Below are positions 7,156-18,100 of a stretch of DNA of 28,354 bases, piece by piece (the stretch's first letter is position 1; each line of letters opens with the position of its first letter). This DNA comes from a virus (Duplodnaviria; Caudoviricetes). A program made the position numbers and the translations under genes. The notes below the pieces were generated by a model. The model saw nothing but the letters and a program-made list of their open reading frames with translations. It did no database searches and had not been told where the DNA came from. The DNA lies in the IMG/VR virus record IMGVR_UViG_3300030433_002720, positions 1 to 28,354 of that record. One strand, 5' to 3'.

Positions 7156-7765
7156 CTTCGTGGAATAAAGTGTAAGTAAAACTATTTCCTATGCCTTCTT
7201 CTATTTGTCTTTCACATATCTCAATTAAGGTGTTAAAGTCATCAATTGATTGAATCACTTGACACCCAGCACTATACTTTCCGATTAAGGGTATTTTCTG
7301 CCACTTAGAGGCACGATGTATGTTTGTCTTATACACACCCTTAAAAATATTTTTCGGATCGTTAGAGAGGCTTAAATCAAGCGTTTCATCTTTGTTGTTA
7401 TCTCTAACATAATGCATATCTTTTACTTGTTCTAAAGCTTTGTATCCTCCAGATGCCCAAGTCCTTCCATGAATACCTAATTTATAAGCCCCTCTGTATT
7501 GTCCTCTTAACATTATAAGAGTTCCATCTTTGCTTAGGGGATTGTTAAGCCAATGAATACCAGGATCTGTAGTGGCTTTAAAACAAAACACTTTATCTCT
7601 ATCATTATAGTCTTTGTAAAAGACACCTACTATATCATCAAACTCACCTGCTTTTCTACTAGAAGATCGTATACCAAATAAATTACAATCAAACTTACTA
7701 TCTAAAAAATATTTATAGTTGTTTTTTTTATATGCTTCTAATAGTTGTTCAATGCTATACATCAT
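7142..7765 (-). CDS. Putative endolysin with an L,D-transpeptidase (YkuD)-like His/Cys motif
   Basis: NIHRA...YSAGCQV resembles H-x(14-17)-[ST]xGC; lies before the spanin- and holin-like genes. Confidence 0.6.
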   Translation of the reverse strand: MMYSIEQLLEAYKKNNYKYFLDSKFDCNLFGIRSSSRKAGEFDDIVGVFYKDYNDRDKVFCFKATTDPGIHWLNNPLSKDGTLIMLRGQYRGAYKLGIHGRTWASGGYKALEQVKDMHYVRDNNKDETLDLSLSNDPKNIFKGVYKTNIHRASKWQKIPLIGKYSAGCQVIQSIDDFNTLIEICERQIEEGIGNSFTYTLFHEDEIV

Positions 7766-10700
7766 TCTTCTTCGTAGTTTATTAATGATAGTCCACCACC
7801 TGTTAAAATATAATTTTTTTCTTCTTTACTTAATCTAGATTTGTTAATAACTTCTCTTATTTTATTTACAAAGTTACTATCGTTTATTTGTGAGAAGGTA
7901 ACACTTGAAGTATATAAATCTCTAAATCTTTTTAAATCGTTTTTAGATTTAGATTTGTCTTCTGCAAAATCTCTTAGTTCAAATGAAAATTGTGAATCTG
8001 GAGAAAATTTATAATCTCTTATAATTAAAAATTCTCTTGCCGATTTTCCTAAACTTTGATTTGTTTTGGTCTCATTTAAAAAATAATCATTGATTACTTT
8101 TTTAAAGTTGGGAGGAACTATAGAGTTGCTAAGTAAATACCAAGATTTATCTGTAAATCCATCTATTTTATTACCATACACATCTCTACCTGAATATGCT
8201 TCTGTTAAAGTTTTAATAAACATGTTAGGTTCTGCTACATCTGTAATTTCACCTAATGCTTCATTTAGATTTTTTGCTTCTCCTTTTAGGATATTAAAAA
8301 CAGGGTCTAACACTAACGAATATGGGTTCTCTAAACTATAATCAAATGTGTTAATTTCATACCTATCTTTTTCTTTATTATAAGACATGTTATCATAATC
8401 ACCTAACAGCGTATGTCCATCCATCCAATCGGGATAAAACTTTCTCATAGCATTGTAAGATGCTTGTGCTTTTTTAAGGTTATTTTCTTTTTCTTCTTCT
8501 GTTCCTTCAACTAACCTTGATATTACAAATGCAGGTATAGCTGCTTTTAAAGTTGCTTGAGAACCAGCTACCATCAAAGCGCCATTGAGTCTTCTACCAT
8601 ATTCTCCTGCGTATGCTTTTTTTCTTTCTTTTAAAATATTAAGCTTATCAGAATCAGTTTCTTTTTTTATTTCTTTATTTATGTCTGCTATTTTTTGAGC
8701 AGTGTTTGATATTTCTTTTATAGAATTTACATAAGTTCTTAATGCTTCTAGTTTAAATGGAACGAAGTCACCAAAAAATCCTTTTTTAGTAAATGCATTA
8801 GGAATTACATTAAGATCAACGCCAAATATCTTTTTGCCTGATTCTTTAAAACCACTCTTATACCAAGTAGGTACTCTTGACCAGGTTGGAAAAGTGTTTT
8901 TTACTTTTTCAGATGCTATGTTATCTACTATAGACTTTTGTTTATCTGATAAGTCTTTATAATCAATCCCGTATTCTTGCCTTGCTGTAATGTTTGATTC
9001 TACATCTAATGCTAGTAGTTTTGAAAAATCATCAATTCTACCATATAATTCTTGAAATCTATTGTCTATATTTTTTTTAACAAATTTAGAACCTTTATCA
9101 TAATAATTAACAGATTTAGATTCTGTATCGTTTATTACATCCATGAGAACAGCTCCATCATCAAGAATTGTACCTAACCCCACAGATTGATTTGTTAATC
9201 CATACTTAGAACCTCTTTCAAAAAGTTCTTTCATGTGTCCAGTTATTTCTCCATTTTTTCTAAAAGTATCCATAGAACTTTTTAGAAGTTGTGTGGCATT
9301 ATTTATAAGACCATTTTCTCTAAAGTAATAACCATTCTGAATCATAGCCATCCAGTTACCTGTTATGTTTTTTCTTATATTAGGTATGTTCCAAACTGTT
9401 TTTGACTTTCTCATAAGTCCTAATATTTTATAATATAGACCATCGTAGTTTTCGGTTCTTGTTAAGGCTTCATACAAGTCTGTGTCTACATACTTGCCAT
9501 TTAATGGATTAGCAGGATTATCACTTTCATATAAAGTAGTATTAGGTTGTTCTTGTTGAAAGACTAACTCTCCCTCATATCTATTCAATACATCTTCATG
9601 AAATACTTGTTCATAATTTAGTTTTGATAATTTATCTACTGTATTTACAAATTTTGCCCCTACATCTTTATATTCTCCTAAAAATGTTCTTATCAATTCA
9701 TCTACTTCTTTTCTTTCTTTTAAAACGTTTATGTCTTTATCTTTCAAAAGTTTGCTTCTAAACTCGGTTATTGCGGGGTTGATTGTAACATCTAATTTTT
9801 CAAAGCTAATTCCATCATTTAAGTTTTGATAAATGTTTTTATAGTCTTTATTAAAAAATGCTTCTAGCTGATCAATAAAATAGTTTGCTTTGTTTTGTGC
9901 TCTAGCATCAAGACCATTAGCTATCATTTTTTGTCCTAATCTTTCTTTACTTAATCTTGGGTTTTCTTTTTTTAACTTTTGATATTCTATATTAAAAAAC
10001 TTATCATAAGCTTTTCTTCTTGTTTCTTCTCTAGTTTTATTAAAGTCAAAATTTTTCTCTCCAAAAGCTCTATACCCTCTAGTTAAATATTTACCTAAGT
10101 TTTGTTTAATAACATCAAGTGGATTTACAAAATCTTTACCTTCTTCTAGTGCTTTTTGTTCATATGCTTTTTGATAGTTTTGATTTTCTAATACCATATT
10201 AGATAGATTATCTATCTGTATTCTCATGTTAGTAACTGAGTCAATAATTTTACTTGATTCAATGCTTGAACCATCTTTAGTTTTTAGGTTATTTAAAAAT
10301 TTTATTACTTCGGTTTTGGTTTGTAGTTTACCATCTATTTCTGACTGAGTTACAAACGCTACAAGTCTATCATTTATATTATTTAAAGTTTCTGGGTCTA
10401 CTACACTTTTTACATTATTTATAAGTTTTTGAAAGTCTTTGTATGTTTTAGATGCTATTACACTTACTCTATCTAGGTTTGCTGATTTATTTTCTTCATC
10501 TAAATTTAAAGATCTTATCTTATCGTTGTTATTATTCCAAAACCCACTAAAAGAATAAAAATCTTTTAATGGTTTAATAATATTTGTTTCTATAAAACCA
10601 GGTTGTTCATTTTTTATTTGTTCATCTTTAAAATCATTTTTTTTATCATTGTTTTCAACAACCTCTTTATAGACTTTGTCTATCTCTTCTTTATTATTAT

Positions 10701-12135
10701 CGTAAGTATCTTGTTCTTGTTTGTTGAGTTTCTCGTTGTTATTTATTTTATCTCCTATATTAAAATACTCTTTTGTTTTTTTGTTGTTCTTAATTTTATC
10801 TTTTCTTTGATCAATTTCTTCTTTAGTATTTTTAAGATCTTCTTCTAATATTTCTTTGGTTCTAGCATCTTGTGATTGATCTAGTATTTCTTTTGTGTTT
10901 TTATATTCCTCGTTGAGTTTAGATATTTCTATTTGTTCCTGAACATTATCTTCGCTAAAATTATCTACTAACTCTTTGTTTTTCTTATTCTTTTGTTGTT
11001 TCAATTTTTTATGTATATCCTCTAATTTTGCTTTTACATTATCATCTTCTTCTAACTTTATTCTTTCTTTGATATCGTTAATTTTTTGATCTATTTCTAT
11101 ATTATCTACAGCATTCATTTTTTCTGCTTGATAATAATTATAAGCTACAACTGGAGAACCAGGTACTATCTCTAACAAACTTTCTAACATTATAGCTTGA
11201 GTATCTTCTATTTTACCTTCTGCTGAAATTTGTGCAGTAGCTTCCCCAAAACCACCACCAATTGATTCAGTAGCAACACCCGCAGCAGCTCTTTTTACTT
11301 TTGATGATTTAGCTAAAGCATTCGCAACCTTACCTCCAATTCTCATAGTTAGAGCATCAATCATTGCAACAGGTATACCTCTTTTCAAACCTTTTTCTTT
11401 TGCAATTGTTAATACATCTTTATCATTAAAAGCTTTTTTTAAATCACCATCATCTGTCATGTCAAATTTAGGTGTGCCATCTTCATTGGTTTGTTCCCTT
11501 ATAGTGTCTAATAATGTTGATCCAAACTCTGAAACAAAACTTGATGCTACTAAAGTAGATCCTGCGGCTATTGGTATTGCACCAACCCCTGTGGCTATTC
11601 CTGCTGTTCCTGCTGTTGCACCTGCTGATAAAGCTTTGTCGCTAAAAACAGTTCTTCCCATCATTCCAAAAACTTCTACTAATTGTTCTATAGAAGAACC
11701 TAAAAATCTAAAATTTCCAAAACCTTTTTGTTCAAAATTTTTTAAAACTTTAGATTTATTTTTTTGTAATCTTTTAAGATCTTTTTCTGCCTCTGCTATT
11801 TGATTATAGTCTACGTCTGCTATAGGATTTAAAACGTCAGTTGCTTCTTCAGCGGCACTACCTCTTGCAAAACCTCTTTGGAAAGCTCCATAAAGGTTTT
11901 CAAAATAGTTGTAATCATCACTTTCTGTATCCAAAGAATCTTCCTGCGATGGTGATTCCGAAAAAAGGGTTTTTTTTTTACTTTCTAATGAGATGTCTAA
12001 ATTGTTTTTTTCTATGAATGAAGATAAATTGTTTCTCAACTCTTCATCTTCTTCAATCATTTGATTAAAACTATCAAGATTAGAAGGTAAGTTTATACCT
12101 TTTTCTTTTAAAATGTTATATAGTTCTTCATTCAT
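7762..12135 (-). CDS. Large internal virion / DNA ejection protein (1457 aa)
   Basis: G/A-rich hydrophobic segments near the N-terminus (AGATAGTAGIATGVGAIPIAAG), long coiled coils, last of three genes after the nozzle. No RNA polymerase motif seen. Confidence 0.7.
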   Translation of the reverse strand: MNEELYNILKEKGINLPSNLDSFNQMIEEDEELRNNLSSFIEKNNLDISLESKKKTLFSESPSQEDSLDTESDDYNYFENLYGAFQRGFARGSAAEEATDVLNPIADVDYNQIAEAEKDLKRLQKNKSKVLKNFEQKGFGNFRFLGSSIEQLVEVFGMMGRTVFSDKALSAGATAGTAGIATGVGAIPIAAGSTLVASSFVSEFGSTLLDTIREQTNEDGTPKFDMTDDGDLKKAFNDKDVLTIAKEKGLKRGIPVAMIDALTMRIGGKVANALAKSSKVKRAAAGVATESIGGGFGEATAQISAEGKIEDTQAIMLESLLEIVPGSPVVAYNYYQAEKMNAVDNIEIDQKINDIKERIKLEEDDNVKAKLEDIHKKLKQQKNKKNKELVDNFSEDNVQEQIEISKLNEEYKNTKEILDQSQDARTKEILEEDLKNTKEEIDQRKDKIKNNKKTKEYFNIGDKINNNEKLNKQEQDTYDNNKEEIDKVYKEVVENNDKKNDFKDEQIKNEQPGFIETNIIKPLKDFYSFSGFWNNNNDKIRSLNLDEENKSANLDRVSVIASKTYKDFQKLINNVKSVVDPETLNNINDRLVAFVTQSEIDGKLQTKTEVIKFLNNLKTKDGSSIESSKIIDSVTNMRIQIDNLSNMVLENQNYQKAYEQKALEEGKDFVNPLDVIKQNLGKYLTRGYRAFGEKNFDFNKTREETRRKAYDKFFNIEYQKLKKENPRLSKERLGQKMIANGLDARAQNKANYFIDQLEAFFNKDYKNIYQNLNDGISFEKLDVTINPAITEFRSKLLKDKDINVLKERKEVDELIRTFLGEYKDVGAKFVNTVDKLSKLNYEQVFHEDVLNRYEGELVFQQEQPNTTLYESDNPANPLNGKYVDTDLYEALTRTENYDGLYYKILGLMRKSKTVWNIPNIRKNITGNWMAMIQNGYYFRENGLINNATQLLKSSMDTFRKNGEITGHMKELFERGSKYGLTNQSVGLGTILDDGAVLMDVINDTESKSVNYYDKGSKFVKKNIDNRFQELYGRIDDFSKLLALDVESNITARQEYGIDYKDLSDKQKSIVDNIASEKVKNTFPTWSRVPTWYKSGFKESGKKIFGVDLNVIPNAFTKKGFFGDFVPFKLEALRTYVNSIKEISNTAQKIADINKEIKKETDSDKLNILKERKKAYAGEYGRRLNGALMVAGSQATLKAAIPAFVISRLVEGTEEEKENNLKKAQASYNAMRKFYPDWMDGHTLLGDYDNMSYNKEKDRYEINTFDYSLENPYSLVLDPVFNILKGEAKNLNEALGEITDVAEPNMFIKTLTEAYSGRDVYGNKIDGFTDKSWYLLSNSIVPPNFKKVINDYFLNETKTNQSLGKSAREFLIIRDYKFSPDSQFSFELRDFAEDKSKSKNDLKRFRDLYTSSVTFSQINDSNFVNKIREVINKSRLSKEEKNYILTGGGLSLINYEEE
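11918..11979 (-). other. Candidate slippery site (A10) with an overlapping -1 frame
   Basis: Minus strand AGT-AAAAAAAAAA-CCCTTTTTTCGG; the -1 frame reads NPFFGITIAGRFFGYRK then TGA (11920-11918). Confidence 0.5.
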
Positions 12136-13987
12136 TATTTAAATACTCATTAAATTTATTATATCTATTTAACATATCTTGGTATTCTTGGGAATTAAAA
12201 ATTTCTTTTGTTTTTAGTATGTAATCTTCAAAATCTTGCCTAGAGTCAAAAGCACTTGCTAGATTATTTTCACCACCTTTTCTTTTATCATATACAAACG
12301 TGTCTATATTTTCAGGTGTAACTTTAGCCTTTATTTCACCATCACTATTTCTAACGGGAAGTCCGTCTTTAATAATTTCAAATTCTTCAACGCCTATTGA
12401 ATTTTCTTTATTCTTAGAATTATATTCTCTAATGTTTTCTTTAAGTGTTTTTTCTTTTACAACTTTATTATCATCATTGTTGTCTACTATAGATTCCCCA
12501 ACAAGATTATTTAAATTTGACAACTCTTCATTTAAAGTAGCTGGAGTCACAGATTGTGTGTTCTTAGATAAAACAAGTGCGTTGTTTAGTGTGTTCTCAT
12601 ACATTTCTGTATCGTCACCTTTAAACGAATCTGTTCTTGCAGTAGTATTTACCGAATCCCAAGTTTGATTCATATCTTGTTCTGATATAATTAAATCTTT
12701 ACCCTCTAAATCTACTAATACTTCTGTACCAAAAGCGTCACTATAATTAGATCCTGCTGTTACAACAACATTATCATCTCCTCTTCTAATTACTAAAGCT
12801 TTTTTACCATTTTGATAACCAATACCTACTACTCTAGGTATAGGTATTCCACCAAGAGTTTGTTGTTTTAAATAGTCATCTTCATCTATGTTTACATATT
12901 TTGCTGTATTATTACTACTTAGTTCTGTTCCTTCTACGTCATATAATTTAAACTCATTAGATGTACTTATGTTAAAAAGTTTTTTAGTTGTAATTTCGTC
13001 ACCACGATTTGATCTATTTGTAGCAGCTGTAGCTGCTTCTCTATATCTCAAATTAGCTTCTTCTAAAGCGGTTCTTTCTTTGATGATAAGATCAGCAGAA
13101 ATCATATCTTTAAATTGTTCAAAGTTTGCTTCATTTTTTAACCACTCTATTGCTTGTGGTGGAGTCATAGGATCTTCTTTTATACCATCTCTAAGTGCTT
13201 TTACTCTTTCTATGTCTAATTCTGGTTTTCCATTAGAGTCTCTTTGTATAACACCCATTTCATCTGTAACATATATATCTTTGTTAAACTCTCCTGCTAT
13301 TGTGATATTTTTTCCTTTAGAGTCTACCGCTTCATATGTGAGAGTTTGTTTATCAGTTACATCTAACAAGCCTTCTGTAACACTACTTATATATTTTACT
13401 TCATCTATTGCATTGTTTTTAAGAGTTGTAAAATCATTTACTACATTATTAGATGTAAATAAATTTCTAGGGTCTAATAACTTTGCTGCTGCTTCGTTTA
13501 TAATACCTATTTGATTTGAAACTACATCTTTGTTTGTATTAAGGTATGTAACAAGATCATTATATTGATCTTTTAATAATTTAGAATTGTTAATACCATT
13601 TCTAATTTTTTTAATTCCTGTTTGTAATTGTGTTTGAAAATTTGGATTGTTAAAATTTAAAGATGTTATGCCACCACCTTTACCTCTTGAAACCATGTTT
13701 TTTTTAGTTTCTTCTATAAGATTTTCAACTTCAGCATTTAATAAATTATTATGTTCTAGTTCTCCTTGATCTAATAGTTCTCCTAAGTTGTCAAATATGT
13801 CTTGTGCGTATTGAATATCTTGTGCTCTTTGTGCTTCTAATTTTTGTAGTGGTTGTTCAAAAGCTTTTTGACCCATAGCTAATGCTCTATCTACTCCTTT
13901 TGTAGGATCGTATACAAACAACCCCGTACGAGAGATTGCACTACCATAAGGATTAAAACTTTTTTCTGCCATATTAATTTCGTCCAA
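12128..13987 (-). CDS. Probable internal virion / ejection protein (619 aa)
   Basis: Helical N-terminal half; middle member of a small-medium-large trio like T7 gp14-16 or P22 gp7/20/16. Confidence 0.55.
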   Translation of the reverse strand: MDEINMAEKSFNPYGSAISRTGLFVYDPTKGVDRALAMGQKAFEQPLQKLEAQRAQDIQYAQDIFDNLGELLDQGELEHNNLLNAEVENLIEETKKNMVSRGKGGGITSLNFNNPNFQTQLQTGIKKIRNGINNSKLLKDQYNDLVTYLNTNKDVVSNQIGIINEAAAKLLDPRNLFTSNNVVNDFTTLKNNAIDEVKYISSVTEGLLDVTDKQTLTYEAVDSKGKNITIAGEFNKDIYVTDEMGVIQRDSNGKPELDIERVKALRDGIKEDPMTPPQAIEWLKNEANFEQFKDMISADLIIKERTALEEANLRYREAATAATNRSNRGDEITTKKLFNISTSNEFKLYDVEGTELSSNNTAKYVNIDEDDYLKQQTLGGIPIPRVVGIGYQNGKKALVIRRGDDNVVVTAGSNYSDAFGTEVLVDLEGKDLIISEQDMNQTWDSVNTTARTDSFKGDDTEMYENTLNNALVLSKNTQSVTPATLNEELSNLNNLVGESIVDNNDDNKVVKEKTLKENIREYNSKNKENSIGVEEFEIIKDGLPVRNSDGEIKAKVTPENIDTFVYDKRKGGENNLASAFDSRQDFEDYILKTKEIFNSQEYQDMLNRYNKFNEYLNNE

Positions 13988-15140
13988 ATATTGTGTTAGG
14001 GTTATTTAGATAATCTGCAAAATTATCTCTTACAGTCTGTCTATCAAATGGTATGGAATTAACCTCTAATAAAGATCTTGGTTGTAAACCATACATGTTA
14101 AATTCGTTTTGCAACCTTTGAAAACCTAAAGAAGGCATATACATTGGCTGTGTAGTCATCTGCGAACTTAAATTAAAATTAGGCATAGGACTTCTTTGTT
14201 CTATAGTAGGTAATAATTGTAATTGTGGTAAAGGTAGAGGCTCTGGTGTATTTAATAATTTTAAAGCTTGTTTTGCACCATAACTTAAATCAACACCTTC
14301 ATTTTTTTGAACACCAGGAGCAAATCTTTCCATAATTCTTTGATCTCTTTTAAAATCACCTATTGCACCTGCCGCACCACTTGCCATTCCAAATATTGAT
14401 TGTATTCTACTAGCTTTAGCTTGATTAATTGCAGCTCTTTGTGCAGATATAGCTTGATCATATTCTTTTTCTATTCCCATTTCTTGGAATCCTAATTGTC
14501 CTTGTCTTTCTGCAAAACTTAATTCGCCAGTAGCTAAGTCTCTTTGCCTTCTAGATTCAGCACCAAATTCAGCTAATTCTGCTTGTCTTTCAAATTGTGC
14601 TCTAGTAATCAATCCTCTTTCTAAGGCAGATTCTGCTTGTAATAATTCTCTTTCTCTTTGTCTTTGTGTTTGTATATCTATTTGTCTCATTCTACCTGCT
14701 TCTGACATACCCGCTAAACTTATTGCTCCTAACAATCCCGCACCATCACCAACAGCAGCTCTTGCAGCTTCTATTTGATTTGCTGTTGTTCTTCTTGCTT
14801 CTTCTCTAAGTATTTCTTCTCCTGCTACTCTTCCACCACCAGCACCAATCATTCTATCTCTAGCTCTTTGTAGAGCACTATCAGCTAAACTTCTATCTAT
14901 TTCAAGCTTTGGTAAATCTTTTAATCTTTCAATGTAGTTTTCATAACCACTTGTTACAGTGTCTCTTATACCACCAAACCTTTCAAGTGCTTGTTCTCTT
15001 TGATCTTGTAATCTTCCTATTTGTTTTTTTGCTCCTCTAATTTGTTTTGAAGCACCAACTATACCACCAATACCACCTAAAACTGAAGAAGCTACCGCAA
15101 AGCCTGGTCCTTTTTTGAAAAAATCTAATAATTTACTCAT
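13974..15140 (-). CDS. Probable ejection / pilot protein (388 aa)
   Basis: N-terminal GFAVASSVLGGIGGIVGA, A/Q/R-rich coiled coil, second Gly-rich hydrophobic patch, P/Q-rich tail. Confidence 0.65.
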   Translation of the reverse strand: MSKLLDFFKKGPGFAVASSVLGGIGGIVGASKQIRGAKKQIGRLQDQREQALERFGGIRDTVTSGYENYIERLKDLPKLEIDRSLADSALQRARDRMIGAGGGRVAGEEILREEARRTTANQIEAARAAVGDGAGLLGAISLAGMSEAGRMRQIDIQTQRQRERELLQAESALERGLITRAQFERQAELAEFGAESRRQRDLATGELSFAERQGQLGFQEMGIEKEYDQAISAQRAAINQAKASRIQSIFGMASGAAGAIGDFKRDQRIMERFAPGVQKNEGVDLSYGAKQALKLLNTPEPLPLPQLQLLPTIEQRSPMPNFNLSSQMTTQPMYMPSLGFQRLQNEFNMYGLQPRSLLEVNSIPFDRQTVRDNFADYLNNPNTIFGRN

Positions 15141-15144
15141 TATA

Positions 15145-15152
15145 CAAATTTA
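15145..15152 (-). promoter_or_regulatory. Bacteroidota -7 promoter box TAAATTTG, possibly giving a leaderless mRNA
   Basis: Exact TAnnTTTG with 4 nt between the box and ATG 15140. Confidence 0.55.
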
Positions 15153-15161
15153 ATTTTTTTT

Positions 15162-18100
15162 TTACAAATTGTGACCACTAGATGGATTATATCCTATAGA
15201 TATAAGATTTATCTTGTAGTCTCTATCATCATTACCATCGGTAAGGGTTAATAATACCTTGTTTGTACTACCAACCATATAGTCACCATTTATTATACCT
15301 CCACTAGAATTTGAGTCTCTCATAATGTGACCATATATAAATTTATTTTCTAATAATGAATTTACGTCTTTTACTTTAGTAGTTTGTGAGTTTTCATTAT
15401 CTATATCAATATCAAAAGTAGAAGCTCTTAAATTATTTGATTGACTATAATCAACAAAATCAGAACCTACTTGAGATATAGATACATTTTCTAATGCTAC
15501 AGGAGTTAGTGTGTTTAAAACAAACTTAATAAAAGCATTTGAACTAGCTGCATTCATATAACTATTAAATCTTGCACTTGATTCTGCTTTTACAGTTGTT
15601 CCTTTAAAAAATAAAGCTTGTTCTCCATATTTTGTTACTGTGTTACTAGAGTTTTTGAAACTACCCGTTGGTAACACTATACCATATTCTATAGCACCAT
15701 TATATTTAGAAATCCACCTATTGTTTCTTTCACTAAAACCAACAGCTTTATTTGTTCCAAAATCTATAACATACATATCATAAGTAGGTATCATGTAACC
15801 TACAGGACTTGTATTTTGTGAAGAAAAGTAAGATCTCATATTAATTTCTGAAATAGGAGATAAACCATTTCTGTTATATCTTATTACTTTCTTTTTCTTT
15901 GAATCCCACCAATAAACATTTCCTCTATATTCTTTTATTGATTTTACATCTTGACAACCATATCCTCCTTTAAGATTTCTTATACTACCTAAAAACTTAC
16001 CACTACTTGCTATTAAAGAACTACCTCCTCCATCTACAATTATGTTTTCATTTAAATATAGAGATGATGTTTCATTCTCACATATAGCTAAAACAACTTG
16101 ACCTTCTGTTTGTAGTTTGGAAGTTCTTTGTAAAGCGTTAATAGCACCATTTTCTTCAGGAACTTCTTTTTCATTTAAGAAAAAGAAACTTGATAAATCA
16201 TTTACATTAGTTCCTTGTATATATTTTCCACTATATTTTATGTTATGCTTTTTTCTACTTACTACATTACTTGTAACTTCTATATTTGGCTTTCCTGCTG
16301 ATGTATTCCATTGTGGATTTTTTTCTGATTTAGATATTGTTCTAATAAGATAATCATCAGCTCCACCAACATCAGCATCATTATCAAATTCAATTGTTCT
16401 TGTAACATCATTTTTATTACCATTGAATCTTAATTGTAAAGGATCTGCTGTTGTACTTAGAGAAACTTGAGCAAAACCACCACTAGTCATATTCATTGTT
16501 ATATTTAGTTTTAGTTTTACTTTTAAAACATCATCATAATTAAAATCTCTATTTATTCCACTAGTAGATAAGTTTCCAAATACATGATTACCTGTACCAA
16601 AATTATATGTAGATGTTCCAGCTGCTGTAAGAGTTAAACTAGAATGTGTAAAGTCTGTGCCAATTTTTGTTTCTGTCCCATTTTGCACATGATATAATTC
16701 TATCTTTCCAGTTATATTTATATTAGAAGCAGTCCCGCTTAATACATTCAAAGATATTGTAGCAGAACCATCCCATAACCTTATATCATCTGCACTATCT
16801 TGATTTGCTTTTAAATATGAGTTTTTAAACTTTAATCCTAAAGAGTCTGCTGTAAAAGATGCTCCATCACCATTTGATGCAAAAGTAGAGTATGAAGAAA
16901 AGATAGAAACTTCATAATTATTTAAATTAGAAACTACATTTTGTTGTAAGTTTTTGCTAGTATTTGCTCTAGTTTCTGTTGGGTTTGTATCGGCTGTATT
17001 AGACACAGTTGCTACATCAGAAAAAGGAGCTTCAGTATATTCAAGTAATTCAAGTTTTTCAAAAAGCATATCACCATTTGGTTGTTGACCAGTTATAGAA
17101 GCGTTACTACCATCTTGTGATATAAAATAATTTGTAGTATTATCAACAAAAGATGATATAGGAATTAAATTGCCACCTTCATAAAAAACTAAATTTTCAT
17201 CTTCTGAAACTTGTTTTGGAGAATATATTTCAAAAAAGTTTTTTTCCTGGTAAGAATATGCATTAGATAAATCAATAGCACCTAAGTTGTATTCACAAAA
17301 TATTAAAGAACCACTTTGTCCTAATATTTTCATATCTATAATGTTGTTAGAGGCTGACGAACTAGTAACTAAATTAATTCTAATTCTGTCTCCTTCAGTA
17401 TAGGTATAAACTTTACCAGCTCTAAACATTGACATTGTATCTACAACTAATGCTTTTATATTTTTGGTGTCTGCTGCATCTAAATTTAATTTTAAAACTC
17501 TTCTTGTTTCAAATGTGCTACGGGTTTGTCCACTAAATAAAGGATCAGCTAAACCTTCTTCTTCAAGTTCAAACCAAAACGCTGAAGCATATCCTTCAAA
17601 GACATATGACTTACTAAGATTTTTACTATATAATACTTGTACATACTTTGCCCAACTAGGATAGCAAGTACTTACATCGTTATTAGAAAATGTTAGTTTT
17701 ATTGTTGGAACAATCCCGTTTGATCCGTATGCAAAGTCACCCGTTTTAAAAGTAGTAGATTTTTCAACGCCTCTAGTTCTCATATTATCATCATAAAATG
17801 CATAACCCACTTCGTATGTAGAGTTATTTGCAAATGGATGATAATGAGTATCACCTGATGTTTCTGATGAATTAATACCATTATTAGCATCACTTACATC
17901 GTTACTTAAATATGTATTAATATTACCATTTGTTGTGCTTATTTGATATCCATTATTTGTTAGAACAGAAATATCTATTGTGTTAGTATTATCTAAAGTA
18001 TAATCATCTAAATTATTTCCAAGTAATATTCTATTTTCTGCAACCTCTAAGGCTTTGGTGTTGATTGGTATTGCATCAAAAGGTTTTGATGATATTGTAT

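Noticed and set aside
7762-12135. Virion RNA polymerase as in crAss-like phages
   Set aside because: No DFDxD/DxDGD catalytic context recognised; the isolated DMTDDGD is not convincing.
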